Source: Amphiscolops sp. MND2022
Taxonomy: Eukaryota
Direction of reading: 5' to 3'
NCBI GenBank assembly: GCA_964187785.1
Contig: OZ076409.1
Location: 79,734,001 to 79,798,000, forward strand
Length of the DNA: 64,000 nucleotides
The number at the start of each line of letters is the position of its first letter. Within the stretch, counting starts at the first letter, position 1. Under the pieces are notes generated by a model that saw only the letters and a list, made by a program, of their open reading frames with translations, had not been told where the DNA came from and searched no databases. The position numbers and the translations under genes are program-made. Shown piece after piece: positions 1 to 13,210 of the stretch.

Positions 1-1116
1 CAGTGGCTCAGCACGCTTTATCTGAACGGCATTTTTTCTATGCGACTTTTTTATAATTCGTTTTTATCGAAACCCCCCTCGATTTTTATTAGAAACGAAA
101 CATTTTGCGAGAATAAAGGACTCCATAGGATTTTCGGCACTATGCGACTTGCCGGAGACCTTCACTTTTTGGTACTATCGGATTGTTTCAAAATTATTGC
201 GCTATATCCGAACTTTGACGTTATATCCGAAGTAAATTGCGTTCTATTTAGGGAGGCGGATGTTCGAAAAAACTCTCCCATTTGTTCCAACACAGTATAT
301 CCAAATTTTGACACTGTATCCGAAAAAAATGCGCTTTACTGAGGAGGAAACCAAGGTTTGAGAAAAGCGCTTCCATGTGGCCCAGCAGGCTATATTTAAT
401 CGGCACTGCGATTTTTGAAAGTTCTTGACAGCAGCAGCTTAAAACATGAAAATTTGAATTTTTCTACATGATCCAAGTCTTTTATGGCATTTTGGGTGAG
501 TGGAAAGGCAACAGTCTTTTTACGCTACTATCAGCTGGTTAGAAGCATAAGCGAAAAAAAAGTTGCTTCAATTTTTGACGAGTTTTCCGCTGTTGTATTT
601 TAGAGTTGTTTCCTACAACTTTTTCCAGATTCGTAGTTAAGGCCTACAGCAAGGCACAGTTATAATTAAGAGTAGAACTTTTCATAGCTGTTCGGTCCAT
701 ATATTTTCAAGAGTCTATATGTTGTCCTCCTAATTCACGCCGTTAGACTGAAAACGTGAAGACTAATGGAGCAACTGCCGATCTCAGGGTGACGCAATAA
801 TGGTAGTAGGGTGTCAAGCTTATCGAGGTGGAATTAAAAAATTGAAAAAAAACTAAAATTAGGAATCGAATTTTCAAAACTATTCTTGATGGTAAAGAAA
901 AAGAATAGTTTTAATTAATTCGAAGATTGAAGAATTTTTGTAACCCAAAAATGGAATCGAATGTTTTATTCAAGTAAGTTGAAAGGAAAACTTGCAGAAA
1001 AACTTTACTTGCCCAAAAATTTTTTATTGAACTGCAAATAGGTAACGCTACAAAAAAATATTCGAAAGTTGAAAAATCTGAATTGTATGGATTGTTTCAT
1101 TTTAAAAATTACTGAT

Positions 1117-1697
1117 TTTTAGTAGTCGGAAAAAACTTTCGACTACTTATGCAATCGTGCCGTTTTTCTCTCCCGACCTTTTCATGAAAATTTCAAATTT
1201 CTCAAAAACTGTCCATACGATTTTCATAAAATTTTGCACAGTCATTCTACACCCAAAGGGGCCCCTGCGTGCGCAAAGGCATCAAAATCGTTTGACTGGA
1301 TTGTAAGAAACATAGCCAAAATTAGCCCAAAAATGGCCAAAATAGCCCAAAAACAGCAATTTTTCGACTTTTTTCGATTTTCTCAAAAACTGTCCATACG
1401 ATTCGAACGAAATTTTGTACAGTCCTTCTACACTATATTATAGTCCTTTGTGTGTAATTTCATTAAATTCGTATTGCTGGGATGTGAGAAACATAGCCAA
1501 ATTAACCCAAATTTAGCCCAAAAACAGCCATTTTTCAACTGTCCATACGATTCGAACGAAAATTTCTACAGTCATTTTCTACACCATAGTATGGTCCTAT
1601 GTGTGCAATTTCAATAAATTCGTATGACTGGGATTGGAGCGAGTCAGAAGGAAAAAAGACCTAAGCCGACTCCTTTACCGCATATGCGGCTCTGGTT
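1117..1697 (+). mobile_element. Non-autonomous Helentron/HINE (DINE-1-like) element
   Basis: Starts in a T-run with 5' hairpin AGTAGTCG..CGACTACT. Internal imperfect repeats of AACTGTCCATACGATT. 3' sub-terminal AGCCGACT followed by palindrome CCGCATATGCGG. Confidence 0.55.
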
Positions 1698-1752
1698 TCA
1701 TTTTGCAAGTCAGATCGAATTTTAAATGTAGTAATTTTGAATAAAATTTCAG

Positions 1753-3053
1753 GAGGGCCTACAGCGAACAAAGACACGGTTGCCACTTCCAATACTACAA
1801 ATGAGATCGTAGCTGGAAAGTTTTCTGAAAATGAGTGGAACTTATTACTACAAGAAGAGGAGCATGAGTCTTTCTGTGCCGGAGTTCTGGAAGAACTTCT
1901 CCAGAAAACCATGGACCAATGCTATCAGAAGTACATTGAAAGACAACTGCTTCCTTTTACGGTAGAAACCGCAAAACAAGCTCTGTTGGAAATTGTGGAG
2001 TTGAGATTTTTGGAGAAAGATTTTGGAGAAGCAGAAAGTGGCTACACTTCTTGTTGGGTTGAAGACGAAGAACCAGACTTCGTTTTGCTTGATTCGTGGG
2101 CTGCTGGTGCGGTACCTTATTCAGTCGTAGCACAGGAAGTTCCAGAAACTGCGACACAATCTGAGCGATCGATGAAGACCTTAGAGGTCCCAGAGCCAAT
2201 TGAAGAGCAAGTTGAAATTGTCGAAACCGAGCAAATGGGAGAAGAGACGGTAGAATGCGAAGAGAAACCAGTTGATCAGGATTTGCCCGAAGACGTAAAC
2301 GAGAAAGAACAGGAGGAGAAACCTAAGAAGAAACGAAGAAAGTACAAGCCATACAGAGGTCCCATTGGTTCAGCTGGGGTTTCTAAGATGAGCGAGACGC
2401 TGTTTGAAACTGAGCTTCGATTGAATATTTTAGAACAAGTAGCAGCCGATGTAAACACTTCTCACGACATGCCGGCGAAAATGCAGCAAGCCATGAAAGC
2501 CCAAGCTGGAAGACCACCGGGTCTGGGTGATGTGCCAATAAAGGACATAGAAGTTGTGTTGATAGACAACGATCATCGAGGATCTCTGGAGCATGTACCG
2601 CCCACCATTCAAGTTCGTACCAACTACATGATCATTGATCCTGAAGTGGAAGCTGCCCAGCAACGTTTGATTGCTATGAGAACAGGTAGGTTCAATCCAA
2701 TCAGTATGGTGGCCCCGAAGAAAAAAGCAGAGGTCAAAGACAGAAGACAGACCCAAGAATTCAAAAACGAGCAGCAATTAACGTATGAGCGAGCTGCTTC
2801 AAATGGAGTTGCACCTGTGCCCCCACCTCTAATAGAGTCCATGGACGTTGCGCCCGGAGTAACAGTGCGGGAAGGTGGAAGAGTAAAACAAGGTCCCAAG
2901 AGGCTGCAGAAGCAAAGCACTTCCTCCAAGCTGTTTTCCGAATCAATGCTGCAACCCGTGAACAAAACCAAGGTGAAACAGACAATTTCTGTCAGTGAGA
3001 TAATCAGCCCATATGTGACCAAAACTAACAAACCTTTGCCGCCAATTGCTTAG
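1753..3053 (+). CDS. C2orf81: C2orf81-like (DUF4639) protein, large terminal coding exon; upstream exon not identified
   Basis: [56 protein letters not shown] resembles the human C2orf81 N-terminus as recalled ([55 protein letters not shown]). Acceptor TTTCAG ends at 1752; AATAAA near 3273. Confidence 0.8.
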
Positions 3054-5841
3054 ATTCATTAGAGTTTGTGGCTGTTAATTTTTATATTGAAAGTTCTATC
3101 AATTTACTGGGTCATTGAAGCTTACCTTTCATTTCATCCGTTTTGATGTCCAAGAAAATTGAAGAGATACAGATCTACTATAAACAACTCAAGTACAGCT
3201 TAAAGTCGGCGCCATGATTTAAAAAGCTGACAGAAAACAATGGTCGCGTTTTATTTCAATGCGCTGTCTAAAAATAAATACCTTAGTTTTAGTCATACCT
3301 TTTCGACTGACCGTAAGTGAAAACCGAAACTTTTGACGTAACGCTAATTAAGAAATTTCTACCGCTGTCGATCAGCACCTACGGTTGACTGCCGTTTCGT
3401 GTGTTTTTGATTGGTTTCTTACAGCAGAAAATTTTTAGGCGTTTCTTGGTAAAAAGGCGGAGTTTTATAGTGAATATATTTTCTTCAGCCTCCGAAAGGT
3501 TTCCGTTTTATTTGATTATTTTTAGGCGTCAAGTCAAATAGAAAATCTAAAACCCATTCGAAAAGTTCCTCCTTTGGTTACTTGAGTAGTTTTGTCTTTT
3601 TAGAAAACTGGAAAAACTGAAAGGGTCCGTTAGATGAAAAACGTTACGCTTTTCGGCATTGTGAGACTTTCCCGGATTTGTCTTGTCCCGAAAGGATCCC
3701 TGATCGGACATTTAGTCTTTTTGAAACCGCGTGTAAACAAAGAAAGATCTCAAAAAATCGTCTATTCAATTTATTTGGAACTATGCGACTGTCCTGAAAC
3801 TTCTCGAAAATGGTTCCAATTTGAAGGAATTCGCGTCAATTTGGGTTGTCATGGGCCCGTTTTTTCGTCGGCCCACAGACCTCACTCAATGGAGATTTTC
3901 ACCAACTTCCACATTAGATCTAAAATGCATTCGAAGATTATCTCTTCGTTATCGTTTTGCGTAAACTAACAAATTCCAGAAAGCCCGTAATTGAGGAAAA
4001 GCCACTGTGAACAGCGAATCTTCTTTTTCAGCACTTTAGTGAGAATTTTGCAATTTCCTTTAAAACAATTTTCAGCAATTTTGGACGCTTTTTGCAATTT
4101 TCGATATCTTAAAATGTGTTCGGCAATTTCAGCCGATTTGACCGTAGCGTTCAATGCTAAAATTTTAACTTGGTTGTATGAATGAGCCTTCGTTGTCGGA
4201 GTGCAACGTCAAATCAAACCAATGTACTAAAAGTATGTCATTAAGCTTCCCTTTAGTTTTGCAATACATCCAACGGACTACCGCCATATGCTCCAAGTTT
4301 CAATATCTCAACATCTTCGATGATTCGCCAAACTGGACAAGATGAGGTAGAGCCTTCTAACATTGGATCAGTGCTTTTAATAAGCCAAAAATCATAGTAT
4401 TGTCATAGTCGTTTTTGTTTTTTTTCCAATTCCCTTAATATAACTGAAACAGTTTCATTAAACGTTTACAGCAAGCATTCAATTGACTAAATTCAGTGTT
4501 CTTAGTAATTCTGTTCTTTTCTCGAAAAAAATAGACTATTACAGTGGCAAGTTTTTGTCTAGAGTCACTCTGAAGCGTCTACTTTTATAAACTTTACATG
4601 TAATTTTATGAATTTTGAAGAATTCCGTCCCTCTTTTTGGCCCAGTGGTTAACGAGGGTTTTCAGGCCTGGTGTGAAGCAGGATAGCATGGGCTCGAGTA
4701 TTAAACCAAGTTTTTTTATGTTTGCAAAGTAGAGAAATCACCAAGGGGTACACCTTTTGGCTTTTCTCGTTTTTAATTGAGTTTTTTCCCGAAGCTATCA
4801 TTCAATTTTTAGCCGAAACCATGCATTTGACGAGCATAGAGGCCCCCTCAGTGATTTTTGGCACTATGCGACTTGTGGACTCCGAGACGAGCGTTTTCTC
4901 GAAACATGTGGAAAAGCTTACAGATTCTTTAGGCACTGCGACTTTGTTCGAAATTTCCTTTGATCAAAAGGTACCTTCAATTTTCAAAAAAAACGTTTAC
5001 TTGGAAAAATCGTTTTACGGAATTAGCGGGTCTGCTTTTGGGTTTTTCGTTTGTATTTTTTCAGAAATGAAGAAAATCGAATATTTTTTCAATACTTGGC
5101 TTTTCAAATTTTCGAGTTAGTGAAAAAGCGGGTTTCGAGTCTGATGTGCATCCCTTTGGGTATTTTTTGGCATTGAATATTTGATAAAATTTTTCACAAA
5201 ATTACCCCTTCGCATTTTCAAAACATTTTACTCTTTGTGCGCCTTGAGCGGGGCGCCGACTTCGGGCTTGTTAGAAACACTATGACATGGTGGCCTACTC
5301 GTTAAAGCAATAAAACCATATCTTCTATATATTTTGAGCAAAGGCGATCTATTGAGGAAAAGTTAGTAAGATTTCATCTAAAACGAAATAGCGATACATA
5401 CGCTAAACAAAAAACAAATATACTAAATTAAAAACAATTACCAATAATAAATTAAGGCAAGAGTGGAATAACCTATAAAAGTTAACCTATATGCTCTCGA
5501 GTTACACGTTTACGCAATTGTGAAAATACAAAACTGTCCCTTCGAAATTTTTGGGACTGTGTGAGTTTTTAATGTTTGTTTTATTTGGTCAGAAAATCCT
5601 TTTTTCGACATTTTCCGATAAAAACTTTTTTAAGCCTAAAAGGTTTACGTTTGTGGAGTTTTTGGCACTGTGAGAGTTTTCAGAAATTTTTGAAAGTTAC
5701 CTTTTGTATAATTACACTTGCGATAAGTAAGTGTTATGGGAAAGTGCGGGTGCTTTTTTTTCGGCGCGACAACTCTCTCGTTTCAGACCGCAAGTCGCAT
5801 AGTCTAAATTTGTGGCCGTGCAAGTCGCAACTTCTGGCACT

Positions 5842-5916
5842 TGGCATAGAGGTTAATTAGGATTTTTTGAGGTCTGCCAAGCAGAAGGACGTGGGTTCGA
5901 TTCTCTCCCTTGACCA
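5842..5916 (+). pseudogene. tRNA-Gly(GCC)-like pseudogene or SINE head inside a dispersed repeat
   Basis: A-box-like TGGCATAGAGG; CTGCCAAGCAGAAGGAC resembling the Gly anticodon arm; B-box GGTTCGATTC; ends in CCA. Acceptor stem not intact. Confidence 0.45.
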
Positions 5917-7851
5917 AAATTTTTTGTGCATGTTATTTCGGCTTTGTGACTTTTTTCGCAATTTTTTTTCATATCACCAAAGATTCCTCCCTTCATTTTT
6001 TTGGTATTTTGCAACAGAACGAATGTTAAAAATTCCCAAAGGGTCCCTTCTTTCAGATTTTTCGGCACAATGAGACTGTTGAAAATTCTCATTTTTTTAA
6101 AATTTTGCAAGTCTCGCTTCAATTTTTTTTGAAATTTTGCAACAGAATGGATGTTAAAAAAATCTCAAAGTGCCCCCCCTTTACAGTTTTCGGCATTGTG
6201 AGATTTTTCAAATCGAATAATTTTTGTCTTAAAATTAGGTTTTCTCAGGCCCAGCACGCTATATCCGATTTTTTTTAAAGACCGCTGTTTTTTCTATGCG
6301 ACTTTTTTCTAATTTGTTTTCATCGAAGCCCCGTCAATTTTTACTAGAAACCAAACGTTTTGCGAGAATAAAGCACTGCTCAAGGTTTTCGGCACTATGC
6401 GACTTGCCGGAGACCTTCATCAAAAAAATTTCGAAAATTATTTTCCTCAAATTTCTGTTTTTTTTAAAGGTTTACGGTTGAGAAAGATGGGTTTTCTGTT
6501 GTTTCCAGTTGGAGAAAAATTGTTTTCGAGATTTATGGGTATCCCTTCGGGATTTTTGGCGTAAAATTGATCAAATTGTAACAATAATCTCCTTTTACCT
6601 TTGGCTCTCCGTATGATATTGCTTATTTGGGTTTCTTCAAAAGTTCGCAACTTTCTTCGCAAGTGTTTGCGAAGCACGGCTTCGCCTCTGTTCCAAAATA
6701 TCCTGCACTTATTGAGCCTCCATCGGGGCAACCGTTTCACCCTTGTTTTTTGCTGCTTTTTTCTTCAGTATCAAAACTTTGTATTTTTGATATTCAGCTC
6801 TGGGGTTACAAGAGTTCCATTGTGAAGCCAAGTTTCGAAAGAACATTTTCGGGATTAGTGGAGCAGCGGCACAAATTCGATCTGAGCGAGCCTAGCCAAT
6901 TATTTTATACTGACGAAAAGGTTCGAAACATGCACAAAAAGAAAGAAGTTGTGGCTCATACCGTCATTTTCTACACGGGTGGTTAAAAATTTTGCAGTTA
7001 GTTCGAACTTGATCAGAGGTTTAGTTTTAGCCTAAATTAGCGACAGAATTGAAACCTAGTATACACTAAATATAAGTCTTATGATTAGTTTGGTTCATTT
7101 GATGAACTGTTTTAGTCCTCTGGTTTCAGCCAGCCAAACGTTTACGAAAGGTTTGGGTCACACTTTCCTCCATTGTACGATCTTTCAACATGATGCGATG
7201 AATCAAATCTGCGGTACTCTTTGCTTTTCAACGTCCTTCACGCTTTCCGGCGTATTTAACATATGTGGCGTCTGTGACTATACCACTTCTTGCTTTTGGG
7301 TTCCTGCTAGATTCTTCAATTCAGGAATAGGGGAAATTGCTACCAGAAAATAGAAATACCTACAACTTCTTTTTAAATTGCAGTTTCAAATCAGTGCAAA
7401 TTTGTATTTGTCACCCGTTAGAAAATGTGAGTTTTGTTCAAGAAAAGTGTGAGTATTTTATCGTTAAACTCTATGGATAGTCAAGCCTAGGAAAATTCCG
7501 TAGTGTTGTCAAAAACTGTTGGTATTTTCCTATCTACGTATGCTAGGAACCTTACTGTTACGTCGTTTTATTATGCGGAAGAAGCTGCACGTTTTGCACA
7601 TAAAAGTATGACAGAATCAATAGGAAAACCCCGGCTGTTAGATATACTTTGTTTTCTCCATAATGAAACTGGGCATAAATTGGAAAGACAATATGAGGTG
7701 TTTGAAATAACTTAATTTGACATTGCTTGGTGATTGGGAGTAAAAAGTGCAAATGGTGAAGTACAATCGGTTTTGTAGCGTTTCACTTTATGTATCTATT
7801 AAACTTCTTGGATTCTGATGGTTATTTGGTAAAATCATTAACAACTAAACT

Positions 7852-8697
7852 TTAAATCCGGAGGAACTTCACGAAATACGCTGACATTTTTTGGCAGAAA
7901 ATCCTGGTTGGAGGAATGAACATCACCAAACAAGCATCGGCGATTGTTTGCTGCAGCAAAACCAGAGCAAATAGACATTCCACAGTTTTCCAGCTACCCC
8001 AAAATGACGTCATCGATTGCGACATCAAAGCAATCAGAACAAGAAACAGGAAGACCAGCTGTCTCATGAGAGTTACTTGGTTTAAACGTTTGCTGACAGG
8101 ATTTGCCAATTTTTTGTTTCTGATTATAATCACACTTACAAAGTAGAGATGGGATACCGTGATTGTTGCAAATACCAAAGAAGTAATTCCTCTGGCAAAA
8201 AACCCAATGTTTTGAATGGCGTTGCAAATATTTTGGAAGATCGGATCTTGCGGGTAAAACGCGACCAGGTTGAAACTAATCAGCAAGGGAACCCAAGTAC
8301 ACAGCACAATCATAAGCAACAGGTTATAAGGACTCCGGGAATGGAATAGCTCGTAAAACGAGGGGTCATTTGTCCGAATTGAGCAGTCAAGTAAGGAAGG
8401 TAGATGTGAACAAAATGCCATCACCCCAAACCAAAGAACCGTCCATTTTCTGAAAGTGCAAGAAAAGTATTCGGAGATGTAGGGCCATTGAAGCACTGAG
8501 AAAAGATAATTGCCAAGCAAGTGGACCCAGCACTGATAGAAGACACAGGCGTCATTGCTCTTGAATTTGCCCAGCATAGTTCGCGGCTGTCCGGCCTTGA
8601 AGTAGGCACAGACCAGAACTGTCGTGGACATGACAGGACCCAGAATTGACCACAGAGTTGAGTAGAAGATATCTACGTAATGCAGCATGTCTGCCAT
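7852..8697 (-). CDS. Intronless divergent 7TM receptor (class A GPCR-like), ~281 aa
   Basis: ATG at 8697. About seven hydrophobic segments; Cys at the top of TM3 (FSC) and in ECL2 (NIC); SLLDC at the DRY position; ADACLVMF at the NPxxY position. Confidence 0.6.
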   Translation of the reverse strand: MADMLHYVDIFYSTLWSILGPVMSTTVLVCAYFKAGQPRTMLGKFKSNDACVFYQCWVHLLGNYLFSVLQWPYISEYFSCTFRKWTVLWFGVMAFCSHLPSLLDCSIRTNDPSFYELFHSRSPYNLLLMIVLCTWVPLLISFNLVAFYPQDPIFQNICNAIQNIGFFARGITSLVFATITVSHLYFVSVIIIRNKKLANPVSKRLNQVTLMRQLVFLFLVLIALMSQSMTSFWGSWKTVECLFALVLLQQTIADACLVMFIPPTRIFCQKMSAYFVKFLRI

Positions 8698-9059
8698 TGT
8701 GAGCCCTAGAGAAAAGAATGACACGGAAGGTTTTGTTCGGGATCAAAGTTTTTTCATCACCGTGTTTCACCTTAATTCAGCACATTAAGTTTTTCAGGTG
8801 GTTTCTTACACGTGCGTGTTCAATATACACATACAGTTCGAATTCCTGAAATTACAGGAATGATTGATTCTGAGGCTTAGAAACGCGATAGACGTAAACT
8901 TTGAAACTATCTGAGCGCAATCTAGACAACGAAGGGCTCTTGAAAAAACTAAAATTGATATAAAAACAACAGTTTTAATACGAGGTTAACAAGTTTCTTT
9001 GAAGTTTCTTTGAAGTTTTGAAGCATCTTATAAAATCCCAGGACTTGTAGAAAAAACAT

Positions 9060-11582
9060 AACAATTGCAAACTTTTCCAATTTTGCAAACTTTTCCAATT
9101 TTTACGTTTTATTGCAATTTTTGTCAATTTTTCCATAAATGTCGTTGGATAAAATGATAAACACGTTCAACAAGGCACGAACGTGTTGTCCAATAGTCTT
9201 CGATCAAGTGATAATTGCTGTTTTCCCACTGAAAAAGATCTCAAATTGACACCCGAATTGACAAAAAATAAAAAGTGTCCCAATTTTTAAAGTTTTATGC
9301 AATTTATGTCAAATTTTCGACAGCCTTCGTGGATAAGATTGTGGAAAACACGCAAAATGGCACAAATTTGTTGTCCAGTAGGCTTTTCCGAAGAGTTTAT
9401 TGCAGTTTTGCAGATGAAAAACGTCTCAAAGTGGCACCGAAAATGACAAAAAACCCAAAATTTTCCAATTTTCATCATTTTTGTTCATTTTGTTTTTCAT
9501 TTTATTGATTGACATCGTGGACTAGAATGCTAGAAATCTGGGGTATTTGTTGTTTCAGGAGCTTTCATCAAGAGATCAATTCAATTTGTAACAGGAAAAG
9601 GCCTCAAATTGATCCTGGAACTGTCGAAAAAGTTCTTGTCGTTTTTGATGCATTTTTTTCACATATTCCGCGCGATTTCGTTATAAGTTCCCACACAATC
9701 AACAACGACAGACTGAGCTCTACAGTACTGTTTCGAAGAGAACGTTGCAGTGTTTTGTTTCAAAAACACTTCCGAATGAACTCCAAATTATTCGAAAAAT
9801 TCAACATCTTCACGTTTTTATGCAATTTGTGTACTTTTCGAAAAGTTCTGGGGTCAGATTGTTGGCAAATGTTCAACAAGGAGTCAAATTCAATTACAGT
9901 AGCTTTTTGAAGATACGTTTGCAGACTTTGGTTGGAAAATGGCTCAAAATTGACCGCAAAATGTCAAAAATGTCAAACTTTTTGCCGATTTCGGACATTT
10001 TCAGTGAGTTTTTCTTTCAGATTGGAACATTTCGGTGAGACAATGCTTCGAAAAGCTCCAGATAATAAAACTAGGTCTGCAGCAGCAAGTTTTTAAAGAG
10101 AGATCGTCTTTTTTTCTGGAGAATGTTTCCTTAGATTGACTCAAATAATGCAAAAATTGAGATTTTTAAAGTTTTTCTTCATGTTTAGGCAGATTTTTTG
10201 AACAATTTTTGAGCATTTTCCTAGCCTAAAATGGTTTAAAAACTTAACAACGGCTGATTTTGGTTTCAAGTAGCCAATTCTAAAAGTATAACGGCCTAGT
10301 TTTTTTTATTAGGCCTCAAAATCACCCCAAAATCCATGAAACAACAAAAAAGCACGTTTTTCGACAAATTAACCCCAAATTTTGTTCAAACCACAACACT
10401 TTTTGTAGAATAGAACTTCCAGTGACCGGAGGGTTGAAACAATAGGGTATTCAAATAGCAATTTGGGAAAAAAGTGGTATGAAGTTCCTCGAGTTTACAA
10501 CAAAGGTGTCAAAATTTCCGAATTTTCTCAATTTTTGACTACATAGTCCCAATTTTGGCACCTTTTCGAAAATTGACTTAAATTATAAAACCCATTGGCG
10601 AAGGATTGAAACCTGTAGCTACCGGTAGTGTTTCGAAAAGATCAGAAAAAATTAATTTAAACAATTTTCAAAAATTTCCTTTTAAAACGTAAATTCCCAC
10701 CTTATTGGTCAAATATTTATCATTCACTATGCTCCACGCAAAATCACCAGATACGGAGCACACCTTCCAAAGGAAAATGTTTGGAGCTACTTCGTGGGAT
10801 AGAATGGTGTAAACATTCAACATTAACAAAACTAGGTGTGCAGTAGGCTTATGTTAGAAGAGATATTTTTAGATTCATGTTAGAAAAGTTCCTCAAATTG
10901 ACCCAAAAGTTGTCGAAAATGTTTTCTGATTTTTTAGGTGAAACTATGTGCAATAATATAACAAACCGGGACCGCTCAATATTCTCAAATTTGCAAAAAT
11001 CCTAATGTCTAACTTTTACTATTTTCTCAGTGCCAAAAAGTACCCCAAAAATACGCCCGAGACTCGGAAACCACTTCTTCCTCAACAGGAATCACGAAAA
11101 ATCCAATTTTGTGAAATTTTTCACGTTAAAGTCTTATGATGGCGAAACAAGTTTCAGCTTGCAAACTACTTTTTTCAAACCGAAATCAGCTATGAAAACA
11201 AGGGGGTATCCTTCGACCAAATGAAAGTTTCGTAAAAACACACAGCCGAAAAAAACTGAAATGAGGTATTTTCCACAATCAGGGAGAAAACTCACCACAT
11301 GATCAAAAGTAACAAAGAGGTCACTCTCAGAACTCGAGAAACTCATTTCCTTTACAAAAAACCTCAAAAATTAAAAAATGCGAAAAATGTTTTCCGAAAT
11401 ATTTTTTGACTTGGTAAGTCGATATATTATGTGTTTCCTTTAAAAATGGGCTGAAATGAAACAATGTTTTCTTTTCTTCTAACTTCTTTGCGTTTTTATT
11501 GACTATTCTTGAGCCTCAACTTTATATAGTGGTAAACAGTTTGGGGCGGAAAATATCTCGCTGCTCAGCGGGCGTCTTGTTA
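9060..11582 (+). mobile_element. Dispersed Helentron-like element, short copy with degenerate ~185-bp internal units
   Basis: Collinear with ~16100-16500 plus ~20850-22975; both copies end in GGGGCGGAAAATRTCTCGCTGCTCAGCGGGCGTCTT. Confidence 0.65.
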
Positions 11583-12406
11583 TGTTCTTTCTACAAGTCC
11601 TGGGATCTTATTTAGATGCTGAATAAAGTTGAGAAATTGTTAGAATCTGTTTTATATTCGATGAAATGTTAGGAATTACCTGAAGATATCTAATGTGAAT
11701 TTGATAATGACATTTCGAAAGTGTTGAATGCTTAGCACATTAAGTGATGAAGGTCTTTTCCACTAACAATTATAGTTTGGAGTCTTTACGTGAAATGGAA
11801 AAGTAGAAATCAATGGCTGGTAATTCATGTCTTTTAGTTTTGGGAAAAATCAATATACAGGTAGTTATTTTGTAATTTGTTAAGATGACATGCAAGATTT
11901 TCTTCCTTCTTTAAATACTCTTTAAGCAAATCCTATCAAATGACTTGAACACACCAATAAAAAATTTAGCTAATTCTATTTTCCAATACCCTAGATGCTA
12001 ACACAAAATTAGCTTGGAATACTCGGATCAGAGGTATCATGGAATTTTATGCAATTCCCTTAAACGAACTGTAGAATTTCAGATAGTAATTTCATACAGT
12101 TCCAGTACTTGGAAATGCATTAAACCATATAATTCTATGTACTTCTATCAATTCCATGTACACATGATGAATATAACACAACAAGGAAGAGGCAAAAGCA
12201 TCTACCGCTTTGTCCGGTGAAGCAGCAGGAATCCGAGAAGATTTAAATCGAAGAATTGCCCAAGCCAGTGATACGTTCATGATAATTTTTAGTGCTGTAT
12301 AAATCGCCTTAAAAAACATTTTTTTAAAAATCCTCGGACTGACAACAACGTAATATTTTCCGCCCATTTTTCCATATCGGAAAAGAAAATTACTAACCGA
12401 GCCGCG

Positions 12407-13210
12407 TTTTTTAGTCGGCGTTTTTCCTTTAAGGAAAAATGCCCGACTATTACAGTGTCTAGTTTTTTCGTCAGTCTCACTATGAATGGTCCATTTTTTG
12501 TGCACTGTGTACTTTTACCATAAGAATTTAGTACTCAATTTTTAATGCATCCAAAGCCTCTAACATGAAAGACAAAACCATTCCAAACCAGAAGGGTCCC
12601 CTTTCCTTGTTTTCGGCCCTCTGAGACCTTTTTGAAAATTTTTTAACGTCTCCAAAGGGCCCCCTTCACTTTTTTTGGTATTTTGTGACAGAATGGATGT
12701 CAAAAAATCCCAAATGGTCCCCTATTAAATTTTTTGGCACTATGAGACTGATCACAATTCTCATTTTTCCTTTTTCTCGAAAATTTTTAATGTCTCCAAA
12801 GGGTCCTCCTTCAATTTTTGGCACTTTGCAACAGAATGGATGTTAAAAGTCTCCCTCCTTTTACATTTTTCGGCACTATGATACTTCTCATTTTTCGTCT
12901 CATATTAGACGATACTTTTCTTCTGATTTTTCTCAAAATATGTTCACCAAAATTTTTTTCGATACATCCTAATTTTTGACGTAATATCCGAAGTAAAGCG
13001 TTATAGCCGAATTTTTGACGTTATATCCGAACAATAACCAATGCCTTTAGTCCTAGCACGCTATATCCGATTTTCTGAAGCATTTTACGTGCATGAAAGG
13101 CACCCTTTGGGCGCTTCGAAACTTTTTTGTGAGTTTTTTCTTAAAAAACAGACTGAGCGTATTTTAAAAACTTCGCGTTTTTTGATCCTTAGGTATAGAG
13201 CCGACTTGCT
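12407..13210 (+). mobile_element. HINE-like dispersed repeat
   Basis: 5' TTTAGTCGGCG and 3' GCCGACTT sub-terminal inverted motifs. Internal CCAAAGGGTCCC and GGCACTATG motifs shared with 1-400, 3600-6550 and 47547-49266. Confidence 0.5.
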
